In this document: positions 8,478 to 17,449 of the stretch, one piece after another
Numbering within the stretch: position 1 is the stretch's first letter
How the letters are laid out: every line of letters begins with the position of its first letter
Assembly (NCBI GenBank): GCA_036848175.1
Contig: DAIUKO010000006.1
Coordinates: 1 to 62,284, forward strand
Reading direction: 5' to 3'
Source: Vicinamibacterales bacterium
GTDB lineage: Bacteria; Acidobacteriota; Vicinamibacteria; Vicinamibacterales; CAVVIG01
DNA length: 62,284 nucleotides
The notes under the pieces: generated by a model
What the model saw: only the letters and a program-made list of their open reading frames with translations
The model's database searches: none
What the model was told of the DNA's origin: nothing
Made by a program: the position numbers and the translations under genes

Positions 8478-9476
8478 CTACTTGAGATCGAGCGCCTGCA
8501 TCGTCTTGATGTTGTAGTAGCGGATGTCCGTCATCGGATTCGGAATCCGGCCCGCGTCGAAGCTCTCGACGAGCCCGCGCACAGCGTCTTCGATCGTGCG
8601 CGCCGGCGCGAAGCCGAGCTCGCGGCGGATCTTGTCGGAGGAGATGTGATAGGACCGGTTGTCGTCGCTCGGCGTCGTGACGATCTCGGTCGACCGTCCG
8701 ACCACCGATCGAATCGTCTCCGCGAGCTGCGTCACCGTGTGGTTCTCGTAGCCGGCGTTGAACGTCTGGCCGGCAACCTGCTCGGCCGGCGCGTCGAGCA
8801 CGCGTAGATAGACGTCGGCCATGTCGGCGATGTGGATGTTCGGCCGCTTCTGGCTCCCGCCGAACACGGTGATGCGGCGCGCGTTCACCGCGTAGTTGGT
8901 CAGGATGTTCACGGTCAGGTCGAGCCGCAGCCGCGGCGAGTAGCCGCAGACGGTCGCCGGCCTCAGCACGACGGTCGTGAAGCCGGGCGACTGCTCCTTC
9001 AGCAGCACCTCTTCACAGAGCGCCTTGTACTTCGAGTAGTCGGTCAGCGGCTCGAGCGCGAGCTTTTCAGTGACGCTTTCCTCTGACTTCACGCCGTAGA
9101 CGCTCGATGAAGAGGCGTAGATGAATCGCTGGACGCCGCTGTCCTTCGCGACGGCGACGAGGTCGAAAAACGCATCGTAGTTGATCGACTTGCCGAGCTC
9201 GGGATTCAACTCGAAGCTCGGATCGTTGGAGATGCAGGCGAGGTGAACGACGGCGTCGCAGCCCGGCATCACGCGTTCGAGCAGACGACGATCGCGGATG
9301 TCGCCCTTGACCTGCTCGAGTGCCGGACGATCGGCCACGCTCTTCAGGACGTCGTCGCCGTACAGGTAGAGATCGAGCACGCGAACCTGATAGCCGCGGT
9401 CGAGGAGTTGCGGAACGAGGATGGCGCCGACATAGCCGGCGCCGCCGGTGACGAGAACTCTCTTCAGTAAGGTCAT
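8478..9476 (-). CDS. NAD-dependent sugar epimerase/dehydratase (extended SDR)
   Basis: ORF 8478..9617 trimmed to ATG 9476 (MTLLKRVLVTGGAGYVG...). YSKYK (YxxxK). Confidence 0.9.
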   Translation of the reverse strand: MTLLKRVLVTGGAGYVGAILVPQLLDRGYQVRVLDLYLYGDDVLKSVADRPALEQVKGDIRDRRLLERVMPGCDAVVHLACISNDPSFELNPELGKSINYDAFFDLVAVAKDSGVQRFIYASSSSVYGVKSEESVTEKLALEPLTDYSKYKALCEEVLLKEQSPGFTTVVLRPATVCGYSPRLRLDLTVNILTNYAVNARRITVFGGSQKRPNIHIADMADVYLRVLDAPAEQVAGQTFNAGYENHTVTQLAETIRSVVGRSTEIVTTPSDDNRSYHISSDKIRRELGFAPARTIEDAVRGLVESFDAGRIPNPMTDIRYYNIKTMQALDLK

Positions 9477-9498
9477 GCGTTTCAGGTCGCGCGGGTGT

Positions 9499-10287
9499 TC
9501 AGCCCTGATCGCGCCGGTAAAGACGTTTCTCCGGCGGCTGATACCACTCGTCAAGCGAAGCCGGCACGCGTGCGTTGTAGCCAAGCAGCTGACGAAGCTC
9601 CGGCGCCAGCGAGTCACCGCGCTCGTAGCCGAGCGCGCGCGGATAGTCCAGCTGCTGTTTCACGAACGGTCGTGTGAAGGCCAGGGTCAGCGCGCGACGC
9701 GATCGGTCGGTGCGGTTGACGCCCGCCGCGTGCCACAGATTGGAGTTGAACACGACCACCGAGCCCGCGGATCCGGTCGCGCGCGCCGCATCGCGGAAGA
9801 ACGCATCGTCGGTCGGCGGCGTCGCCAGCCGATGCGATCCGTTCAGGAAGTAGGTCGCGCCGTTCTCCTCCGTGAAGTCGTCGAGCATGACCAGCAGCTG
9901 CACCATCAGGTGGAGATCGTCCGAGAACGTCCGCTGATCGCGATGCACGCGGCCGACGTACGAGACGTTGGTCGGAAGGTTGAGGACGCCGCCGAAGGTA
10001 TTGAGGATGTAGGGGCCGTCGAAATACCGTTCGAGCAGCGCACGCCCCGGAAGCCAGGCGAGCAGCTCGAGAAACGCGCCGCCGGCGCACGGCAGGTGAT
10101 GCACCGTCCCGTCAGCGCCATCACCGACGCCGTTTCGCAGCTGGATGGCGCGCTGCTGCGCGTACGCCGCTTCGAGCTCGCGTGCGAGACGATCGACGAA
10201 ATCTCGCGGCAGCGCAGACGGCAGCAGCGTCCAGCCGCGTTCACAGAGCGCGCGCTCGTGCGCGCTATCGAACGCCGGCTGCGACAA
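9499..10287 (-). CDS. phytanoyl-CoA dioxygenase (PhyH)-family Fe(II)/2-oxoglutarate dioxygenase
   Basis: 262-aa ORF. Facial-triad candidates VHRD and NLWHAAG in a beta-rich protein. Confidence 0.75.
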   Translation of the reverse strand: MSQPAFDSAHERALCERGWTLLPSALPRDFVDRLARELEAAYAQQRAIQLRNGVGDGADGTVHHLPCAGGAFLELLAWLPGRALLERYFDGPYILNTFGGVLNLPTNVSYVGRVHRDQRTFSDDLHLMVQLLVMLDDFTEENGATYFLNGSHRLATPPTDDAFFRDAARATGSAGSVVVFNSNLWHAAGVNRTDRSRRALTLAFTRPFVKQQLDYPRALGYERGDSLAPELRQLLGYNARVPASLDEWYQPPEKRLYRRDQG

Positions 10288-11431
10288 GCGCCTCCGAGAT
10301 CGTGTTCGTCACCAGCTCGATGTCCGCCTCGCTCATCGTCGCCCACAGCGGCAGGCGCAGCAGCCGATCGGCGGTGCGCTCGGTGACCGGCAATGCGCCG
10401 GCCGTCCGCGTGTACTTGCGGCCGGCCGGCGACGAGTGGAGCGGCACGTAGTGGAAGACCGCGTCGATGCCGGCACGCCGTAAAAACGCCTGCACCGCGG
10501 AACGGTGCGAGAGGTCGTCGAACAGCAGATAGTAGAGGTGCCCGTTGTGGCCGCATTCGGCTGGCACGATCGGCCGCCGCACCAGGCCCTTGCGCTCCCA
10601 CTCGGCAAACGCGTCGTGATACGTCGCCCACACCTCGAGCCGCCGATCGGTGATCGCGTGTGCGGCTTCGAGCTGCGCCAGCAGGAAGGCGGCGGTGATT
10701 TCGCTCGGCAGATACGACGATCCGATGTCGACCCATGTGTATTTGTCGACTTCGCCGCGATAGAACTGGGTCCGGTTGGTCCCCTTCTCCCAGAGGATTT
10801 CGGCGCGGGCCGACCAGCGCGCCTCGTTGACGATCAGCGCGCCGCCTTCGCCGGCGACCACGTTCTTGGTCTCGTGAAAACTCAGGGCCGCGAGATCGCC
10901 GAGGCTTCCGAGCGGGCGGCCGCGATACGTGGCGAGCACGCCTTGCGCCGCGTCTTCGACGACGAACAGACCGTGCCGCCGCGCGACCTCGAGAATGCGA
11001 TCCATCTCGCAGGCGATGCCGGCGTAGTGAACGGCGACGATCGCCTTCGTCTGCGGCGTGATGGCCGCCTCGATCAGCGAATCGTCGATATTGCACGTAT
11101 CGTGGCGGATGTCGACGAACACCGGCGTCGCACCGCGCAGGACGAAGGCGTTCGCCGTCGACACGAACGTGAACGACGGCATGATCACTTCGTCGCCGGG
11201 TCCGACGTCGGTGAGAATCGCGGACATCTCCAGCGCCGCGGTGCACGAATGCGTGAGCAGCGCCTTCCCGACCCTCAGCTGCTCCTCCAGCCAGCGATGG
11301 CACTTCGCGGTGAACGGACCGTTGCCGGCGAGATGGTGATTGGCGATCGCATCGCGGACGTATTCCAGCTCGCGGCCGCCGACGAGCGGCCGATTGAACG
11401 GAATGATGGCGCGGCGGATTGGTCCGGTCAT
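10265..11431 (-). CDS. wecE: dTDP-4-keto-6-deoxyhexose 4-aminotransferase (DegT/WecE family)
   Basis: 388-aa ORF, colinear with E. coli WecE as I remember it: IPFNRP, SCTAALEM, MPSFTFVSTANAF, PLP-lysine context SFHETKN, EKGTNRTQF, FHYVPLH. Confidence 0.85.
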   Translation of the reverse strand: MTGPIRRAIIPFNRPLVGGRELEYVRDAIANHHLAGNGPFTAKCHRWLEEQLRVGKALLTHSCTAALEMSAILTDVGPGDEVIMPSFTFVSTANAFVLRGATPVFVDIRHDTCNIDDSLIEAAITPQTKAIVAVHYAGIACEMDRILEVARRHGLFVVEDAAQGVLATYRGRPLGSLGDLAALSFHETKNVVAGEGGALIVNEARWSARAEILWEKGTNRTQFYRGEVDKYTWVDIGSSYLPSEITAAFLLAQLEAAHAITDRRLEVWATYHDAFAEWERKGLVRRPIVPAECGHNGHLYYLLFDDLSHRSAVQAFLRRAGIDAVFHYVPLHSSPAGRKYTRTAGALPVTERTADRLLRLPLWATMSEADIELVTNTISEALVAAGVR

Positions 11432-12423
11432 GCCCAGGCCGAAGGCCGCGGCGACTCGTCGCGCTCCTCGGACGCGGCGAAGACGTTCTTCGTTTCACGG
11501 ACGACGAAGATCGGCCGGTGCTTCACCTGCTCGAACACACGGCCGATGTAGAGCCCGATGACGCCAAGGCCGATCAGAATCAGGCCGCTGAGAAAGAGCT
11601 GGCTGATGGCGAGGCTCGTCCACCCCAGCGCCAACTGACCGACATTGCTGGTGAAGTAGTGGACGATCAGCCACACCCCGAGCACGAACGAAAAGAGCGA
11701 CAGCACGGTGCCGACGTAAATCGACAGATGCAGCGGCTTCTCCGAGTAGGTCAGCGCGATGGTCAAGGCGTGACCGAGCAGGCGCCACGTCGTGTACGAG
11801 CTCTTCCCGCCTGGCCGTTCGTGGTGCTCCACGTCCACGTAGCCGCGCGAGAATCCAAGCCACTGCAGCACGACGACGTAGCCGCGGCGGTAGTCGCCGA
11901 AGTGGAGAAACGCCTCCACCACCTTGCGCGAGACGATTGAATACGATCCGATCTTCGGGTCGTAATCGATGTCCGCCAGCCAGCGGAACAAGGCGTAGTA
12001 GGTCCGCGCCGTCAGATTCTTCCACCAGCTGTATCGCCGCACCCGTCGGCGCGCGAAGACGATGTCGAAGCCGTCGCGGCACTTCGCGTAGAGATCGGGG
12101 ATATGCGCCGGATCGTCCTGCAGGTCGCAGTCGAGGACGACCACGTAGTCGCCGCGCGCGTGATGCAGCGCGGCAGTGATCGCCGGATGCTGGCCGAAAT
12201 TCCGGCTGAGTCGAACGCCTTTGACGCGCGGATTGCGATCGCACTCGCGCGCGATTGCCGTCCACGAATCGTCCGGGCTGCCGTCTTCGACGAGCAGCAC
12301 CTCGTAGTTGTCGGTGATGCGCCGCGCCGCGGCGCAGATGCGATTCACGAGCTCGCCGACGAGCGGCGCGGTCCCGTAGACGGGACTCGCGATCGAGAGC
12401 AATGGACGCTCCGGTTCGCTCAT
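11428..12423 (-). CDS. GT2 polyprenyl-phosphate sugar synthase (GtrB/ArnC architecture)
   Basis: ORF 11428..12501 trimmed to ATG 12423 (MSEPERPLLSIASPVYG...). VEDGSPDDSW, DCDLQDDP, and two C-terminal TM helices. ATGA junctions at both ends. Confidence 0.85.
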   Translation of the reverse strand: MSEPERPLLSIASPVYGTAPLVGELVNRICAAARRITDNYEVLLVEDGSPDDSWTAIARECDRNPRVKGVRLSRNFGQHPAITAALHHARGDYVVVLDCDLQDDPAHIPDLYAKCRDGFDIVFARRRVRRYSWWKNLTARTYYALFRWLADIDYDPKIGSYSIVSRKVVEAFLHFGDYRRGYVVVLQWLGFSRGYVDVEHHERPGGKSSYTTWRLLGHALTIALTYSEKPLHLSIYVGTVLSLFSFVLGVWLIVHYFTSNVGQLALGWTSLAISQLFLSGLILIGLGVIGLYIGRVFEQVKHRPIFVVRETKNVFAASEERDESPRPSAWA

Positions 12424-13343
12424 CGCGTCAGCACCGCGAGGCCCAGGCCGTCGCGGCCGTAGTGATTGCCGCAATAGAGCATGTAGAGCGCGTCCTTCCA
12501 CCGAAAGACGTGGCTATAGCAGATCGATTCGCTGTCCCAGCCGCTCGCCGAGACGTCGATGCCGGCCAGATCGTCGCGGCGGATCCAGTCGATGCCGTTC
12601 TCGGACCAGGCGTAGCCGATGCGGTACGCCTCGCCGCGATGGCTGAACCACATGTGATAGACGCCGTCGTCGAACAACACCGACGGCCGGCTGATCGAAT
12701 ACTCCGACGGTGACGCCGCGTCGATACACACGCGGTTGGGCCGCGTCCAGTGGATCCCGTCCGACGATTCCGCGAACTTGATGACGTAGACGTGCTTCGG
12801 ATCGGCGGCGGTTCGACCCCAGCGCCGAAACGAGGTGTACCACATCCGCCATCGATCCGCCCTGTGCATCACCGCCGTCGAACCGATTGAGAGAAAATCG
12901 TCGTCGGTCCGCTCGAGAATCGGCGCCCGCGACCACCGCTGCCACGCGCCGCCGCCGTTTCGCACCGCGAGGCCGACGTGATTCTGGAACGGCGTGAGGA
13001 CCGATGGCATCCACCCGACGTAATACATGAACTCCACGCCGCCAGCGGTGACGATCCAGGGATACGAGACGCCGTTCTCGTCGAACGCGCCCAGCTCACC
13101 GATGTCGAACACCGGCGCCGCCGAGATCGCAACCGGTGTCGCCGGCCGATCGGGATCGATCGTGATCGTGCCGATGCGCGAACGATTCTGCGAATCGCGT
13201 CCGGTCACGTAGATCTCAACGACGCCTGCGTCGTCGCGCGGCACGGCGAACGATGGGCCGGTGTAGGTCGCCATCCATTCGCGCGCGGCGTCGGGCTCGA
13301 GGATCCGGCCGAGCTTCTTCCACCCGCCTCTGGCATTGCGCAT
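12420..13343 (-). CDS. five-bladed beta-propeller, glycoside-hydrolase/phosphorylase-like (GH43/GH32/GH130 clan look)
   Basis: 307-aa ORF with repeated aromatic blades MYYVGW, WRMWYTS, YHMWFSH, YMLYCGN. The exact family cannot be assigned by eye. Confidence 0.65.
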   Translation of the reverse strand: MRNARGGWKKLGRILEPDAAREWMATYTGPSFAVPRDDAGVVEIYVTGRDSQNRSRIGTITIDPDRPATPVAISAAPVFDIGELGAFDENGVSYPWIVTAGGVEFMYYVGWMPSVLTPFQNHVGLAVRNGGGAWQRWSRAPILERTDDDFLSIGSTAVMHRADRWRMWYTSFRRWGRTAADPKHVYVIKFAESSDGIHWTRPNRVCIDAASPSEYSISRPSVLFDDGVYHMWFSHRGEAYRIGYAWSENGIDWIRRDDLAGIDVSASGWDSESICYSHVFRWKDALYMLYCGNHYGRDGLGLAVLTR

Positions 13344-14326
13344 CAGCCTCGACGCCGCTCGGACGCGACCGGGCTCGCGTCGAGCGCGTGCGCGATGATC
13401 CCGCGGACGTAGTCCACGCGCTCACGGTCGGCGGCATCGAGCGGTTCGTGCTTGAATCGTCCTCGACCGTCGGCGACGCCGAAGATCATCGTCGGCCGTC
13501 GAATGTCGTCGACGATCACCGCTCCCGACGGCGCCAGGAGACCGCCGGCGACGACGTCCACGTCGCGGAGACGGACACGCCCCATGTGCTGCGTCACCAT
13601 GTTGTCGGTTTCGAGCATCCGGACGATTCCACTCGAAATCCCGGCGCGGTTGTCGAGCCGATAGAGCGAGAATCCACGCGTGCGCGCCAGATCGGCGGCG
13701 TCGGCGGTGAGATTCCCGATGCCGAGGTCGTAGATCGACGCACCTGGCGGCAGCCGCCCGACGAGCGAGGCGTCGACGCTTTCCCGCTTCTGCGACGTGC
13801 CGAGGACGATCGACGCGTCGAGGCGCGACGCGCGGGGATCGGCCTCGACCATCGACGCCCCGATTCGTGGAAGGACCGATGCGAACGTGTCCGCAAGCGG
13901 ACCGTCGCCGCACAGGACGACGCGTTTGTCGCTGAGCCCGTGTTCCAGCCGCTGGACCATGTCGAGCGCGGAGTCGAACCACACCTGGTTGTCGCTGAAG
14001 AACAGCAGACGTTCTGGCGCGACCGACGACCGCGCCGTCCTCACGATCGCCGCCGATTCGGGCAGCTTGCGATCGCAGTCGACGGCGATCCAATTGAACG
14101 GCCCGGCCGCGTCGAGAACCGACTCCAGATCGCGCGCGGCGCCGAGCTCGACGAAGGCCAGGACGTTGGCGATGCTCTCGCGGACCGGCGGAAACGAGAC
14201 GCCGGAGTCGGCCGGCACCGGAAACTGCTGCACGACCAGCACCGTCGCCTTGTTCGTCCGCGCGGCGAGGCTGGCCACGTCGTCGAATCGTGCTCGCAGC
14301 GCCGCGGCCTGCTCGGCCGGCCACAT
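13343..14326 (-). CDS. hypothetical protein with central nucleotide-binding-like stretch
   Basis: ORF 13343..15523 trimmed to ATG 14326 (MWPAEQ...), 5 nt after the aldolase stop. KRVVLCGDGPLADTF. No family recognised. Confidence 0.65.
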   Translation of the reverse strand: MWPAEQAAALRARFDDVASLAARTNKATVLVVQQFPVPADSGVSFPPVRESIANVLAFVELGAARDLESVLDAAGPFNWIAVDCDRKLPESAAIVRTARSSVAPERLLFFSDNQVWFDSALDMVQRLEHGLSDKRVVLCGDGPLADTFASVLPRIGASMVEADPRASRLDASIVLGTSQKRESVDASLVGRLPPGASIYDLGIGNLTADAADLARTRGFSLYRLDNRAGISSGIVRMLETDNMVTQHMGRVRLRDVDVVAGGLLAPSGAVIVDDIRRPTMIFGVADGRGRFKHEPLDAADRERVDYVRGIIAHALDASPVASERRRG

Positions 14327-14331
14327 GAACG

Positions 14332-15366
14332 TCAGCTCCAGGTCTTGTGAAAGAACTTCGGAAAATGAATCTCGACGCGGCCGTTCTGCTTCAACTGCGC
14401 GGCGACTTCTTCGACGAGCGCCTGCGACGGGTTCTCCTTCGCGTAGCGGCTGACTTCGAGAATCAGATCCTGATAGGGCACGCCGTACGCGGCGGCGACG
14501 TCCTGCACGCGCTTGGTGAATCCGCTGTGAAACAGCGCGAAGCCGTAGATCAGCTCGAGCTCGTTGGCGCCTTTCAATCGCGTCGGCTTGGGGCTCACGA
14601 AGCGCTCGGCGATTTTCGCGACATCGAGCGGACTGATCCCTGTCGGGTAGCCCGCCTTCTCGAGAATCACGAGCATCGTTTCGGTCTGCGCATTGCCGCC
14701 GCCCCGTCCCATGCCGAGCAGCGTCGTGTCGATGACCGTCGCCCCCGCCTCGACCGCCGCGAGGCTGTTCGCGTTTGCGAGCAGCAGGTTGTTGTGGCCA
14801 TGAAATCCGACAGCGGCGTGAAGACCGGCTTTCAGCACTTCGACGTACGCCGCCACCTGGTTCGGCAGCATCCCACCCGCGCTGTCGACGACGGTCACCG
14901 CGGTCGCGCCGCGGTCGACAATCGGTATGGCACGGTGCAGCAGCTCGAACGGCGCCGCCGCGTACGACTTCATGAAGTTGTAGAACACTTCGAAGCCGAG
15001 CGACGAGGCGAGCTCGACGAATGCCCACGCCGACTCGCTCTTCGACACGTCGGTGCCGACGCGGACGAAGTCGCCGCCGCCGTCGCGAAAGCGCCGCAGG
15101 TCGTCGGCCTCTCCGACGCCAGGAATGAAGAACGCGCCGATGCGCGCGCGACCCTTCGCCGCGGATGCGAGCGCCGCCATCTCGTCGTCCGAGCAGCGCG
15201 CCGGCGTCGACGTCTTCGAGGCGCCGAGACCGAGTCCGTGGCCGATCTCGATGTACTCGAAGCCGGCGTTCGCGAGCCCGCGTACGATTTCGGTGATCTC
15301 GTCCGGCGGCCATTGGAAATCGATCGCGTATCCGCCGTCTCGAATCGTGCACTCGAGAATCTTCAT
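14332..15366 (-). CDS. HMGL-like / DmpG-like aldolase (pyruvate-carboxyltransferase TIM barrel)
   Basis: ORF 14332..15492 trimmed to ATG 15366 (MKILECTIRDGGY...). CTIRDG and GFHGHNN motifs. Confidence 0.8.
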   Translation of the reverse strand: MKILECTIRDGGYAIDFQWPPDEITEIVRGLANAGFEYIEIGHGLGLGASKTSTPARCSDDEMAALASAAKGRARIGAFFIPGVGEADDLRRFRDGGGDFVRVGTDVSKSESAWAFVELASSLGFEVFYNFMKSYAAAPFELLHRAIPIVDRGATAVTVVDSAGGMLPNQVAAYVEVLKAGLHAAVGFHGHNNLLLANANSLAAVEAGATVIDTTLLGMGRGGGNAQTETMLVILEKAGYPTGISPLDVAKIAERFVSPKPTRLKGANELELIYGFALFHSGFTKRVQDVAAAYGVPYQDLILEVSRYAKENPSQALVEEVAAQLKQNGRVEIHFPKFFHKTWS

Positions 15367-16658
15367 CGGGCCGCTTCGCTCCGCTCGAGCGGCGCGACGG
15401 GCGCGACGTCGCGCGCATGCTCGTAGTCGAGCCTGATCGATCCGCGGACCTCCGCGAGCGTGCGCTGAACAGCCTCGCGATCCGCTCCCCACGCCAGCAC
15501 GTGACCCGGACGGCTGCGGCCATCGCGCACCTCGTCGATCGTGTCGCCGGGCACGCGCTCCACGCAGACGTCGATGACGCCGGGCAGCCGCTTTGCCGTG
15601 TCGACGCCTCTGACGGCGACGATGCGGCCGCGAGGAAACATCAGAAAGTGCAGGGCGCCGTCGAGCGCGCGCGACGGCTGAATCCGCGTCGTCAACCCGA
15701 ACGCCTGGCGGATGACCGCGCGGACCACGTCGACGCCGGTCAGCACCGGCATCAGGTGCGTCGCCACCTTGCTGCCGCAGCCGCGGACTGCGAACTCGAT
15801 CAGGTAGACCGTTTGCGTGTCACGAGAGACGAGAAACTCGATGTGAAGGATCCCGTTGACGACCTCGAACCCGCCGGCGATCCGTCGCACGAGCGTATCG
15901 ATGTCGCGACGAATCGATTGGTTGTACGCACCTGGGTAGCGCAGCTCGAGGTCGTAGCGATCGGGGAGCGGCGACTTCGTCTTGTCGCAGACGCCGAGAA
16001 TGCTCACCTCGCCGTTCTGCACGAGCGCTTCGATCGATCCTTCGTCGCCGACGAGAAACTGCTCGACGAGCGCCTCCCCGCAGCGCGACGCGGCAATCGC
16101 CGACGCGGCGGCCGGCGCCACGTCCGACAGCCGCTCGACCCAGCGCACGGCCCGGCTCGAACAGTTGTCCACCGGCTTGACGATGACCGGCAGCGAACGT
16201 CGATCGACCGCTTGCCGCGCCTCGTTCGCGGAGCGCACGCGGCGATACCAGGGACAGGCAATGCCGAGCCGTTCGCTTCGCTGCCGCATCAGGAACTTGT
16301 TCGTCGCATGCGCGGCGAGCGTGGTCGAGTGGCCGGGAAGGCCGAGCTGCTCGACGACGAAGGCTGCGGTTGGCACACCGATGTCGGCGGAGGTCAGCAC
16401 GCCGTCGACGCGGGCGCGGCGGGCCAACGCCAGCGTCGCTTCGCGATCCTTCAAATCGATCGCTTCGAAATGATCGGCGTCTGCGGCCGCGTTCGCATCG
16501 GCCGACCAGTCGGTGACCCACGTCTCGAGCCCCAGCGCACGCGCGCGCCGCACGTATTCGAGCTGCCACAAGCCGCCGCCGAGAATGAGCAGCCGCTTGC
16601 CGGCAAGCTCCGGATCGCGGTCCGTCGACAGCTTCACGGGATTGACGTCAATCGCCAT
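15363..16658 (-). CDS. ATP-grasp domain ligase
   Basis: ORF 15363..17282 trimmed to ATG 16658 (MAIDVNPVKL...). PVIVKPVDNCSSRAV, LVEQFLVGDEGSIE, YLIEFAVRG. Confidence 0.8.
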   Translation of the reverse strand: MAIDVNPVKLSTDRDPELAGKRLLILGGGLWQLEYVRRARALGLETWVTDWSADANAAADADHFEAIDLKDREATLALARRARVDGVLTSADIGVPTAAFVVEQLGLPGHSTTLAAHATNKFLMRQRSERLGIACPWYRRVRSANEARQAVDRRSLPVIVKPVDNCSSRAVRWVERLSDVAPAAASAIAASRCGEALVEQFLVGDEGSIEALVQNGEVSILGVCDKTKSPLPDRYDLELRYPGAYNQSIRRDIDTLVRRIAGGFEVVNGILHIEFLVSRDTQTVYLIEFAVRGCGSKVATHLMPVLTGVDVVRAVIRQAFGLTTRIQPSRALDGALHFLMFPRGRIVAVRGVDTAKRLPGVIDVCVERVPGDTIDEVRDGRSRPGHVLAWGADREAVQRTLAEVRGSIRLDYEHARDVAPVAPLERSEAAR

Positions 16659-17449
16659 CACGCCGGTGAGCCGGTGGTGATCGGAAACATCCGGTCGAGA
16701 TTTCGATGCGCGATGTTGGCCCATTTCTCCGGCGCCAGACCATCGGCGAGCTGTTCCGCGCGGTGAAATGTCTCGGCGGGCGTGTACTCGGGCATGTCCG
16801 ATCCAATGACGATCCGCTGATCGAGCCGTCCCATCACCCAGCGCAGGTCCGCATCGAGGGAGCTGCCCGCGTAGCGAAGCAGCGTGAACGATAGATCGAG
16901 CGTCAGCGCGCCATGCAGCCTGACGACTTCGGCCACGTCGAGCAGTGCCGCGCCGCCGCCGTGCAGCAGCACCATCGACGCGCCCGCGCACCGGTGCGCG
17001 ATGCTGTCGATGATGTCGGCCGCGTAGCCGGTCGATCGGGACGGTTGGCGGAACAGCGTGTCCAGAAACACGATCAATCCCTGCTCTGCTGACGCGGCGA
17101 TAGCCCGCAGGCACTGCGCGCCGAGCGGATCGTAGCCGTTCAACCGCGGATGAAGCTTGATCCCGGCGAAGCCGTCGCGCCGCGCGCGCGCAACCTGATC
17201 GGCGATGCCGCTCTCGTCTCTGGCGCTCGAGGGATCGATCCCGGCGATCGGGACGAGGCGTCCGTTCGCGGTGCGGGCGCACTGCAGCACGTAGTCATTG
17301 TCGACGACACCGGCCAGTCCGACGAGGCAGGCGCGTGAAACGAGGGCACGATCCAGCTCCGCGATCAGCCGCGCGTAGCTCGCATCGTCGCGGCCGTTGA
17401 TCCACGTCCCGTCGCGGGTTACGTGCACGAGGGAATCGAACCGCGTCAC
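16658..17449 (-). CDS. amidohydrolase-2-type metal-dependent hydrolase (TIM barrel)
   Basis: ORF 16658..17926 trimmed to GTG 17449 (VTRFDSLVHV...; GTGA with the upstream stop). SLVHV, IKLHP, VLLHGGG, IGSDMP. Confidence 0.7.
   Translation of the reverse strand: MTRFDSLVHVTRDGTWINGRDDASYARLIAELDRALVSRACLVGLAGVVDNDYVLQCARTANGRLVPIAGIDPSSARDESGIADQVARARRDGFAGIKLHPRLNGYDPLGAQCLRAIAASAEQGLIVFLDTLFRQPSRSTGYAADIIDSIAHRCAGASMVLLHGGGAALLDVAEVVRLHGALTLDLSFTLLRYAGSSLDADLRWVMGRLDQRIVIGSDMPEYTPAETFHRAEQLADGLAPEKWANIAHRNLDRMFPITTGSPA

Noticed and set aside
13343-15366. Interpretation of the aldolase plus downstream 327-aa protein as a DmpG/DmpF (4-hydroxy-2-oxovalerate aldolase/acetaldehyde dehydrogenase) catabolic pair.
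   Set aside because: The gene order is reversed relative to dmpFG. The partner lacks the N-terminal GxGxxG Rossmann and the catalytic-Cys layout I associate with DmpF. The context is entirely glycan biosynthesis.
13343-15523. Very long ORF-track versions of real genes. Examples are 13343..15523 (726 aa), 29285..31936, 35767..38370, 23423..25822, 18237..20201, 15363..17282, 49245..51131 and 44124..45632.
   Set aside because: The upstream parts are Arg-rich and overlap the preceding well-supported gene in another frame. In each case a start codon lies exactly at or next to the upstream stop, and the recognisable domain begins there.
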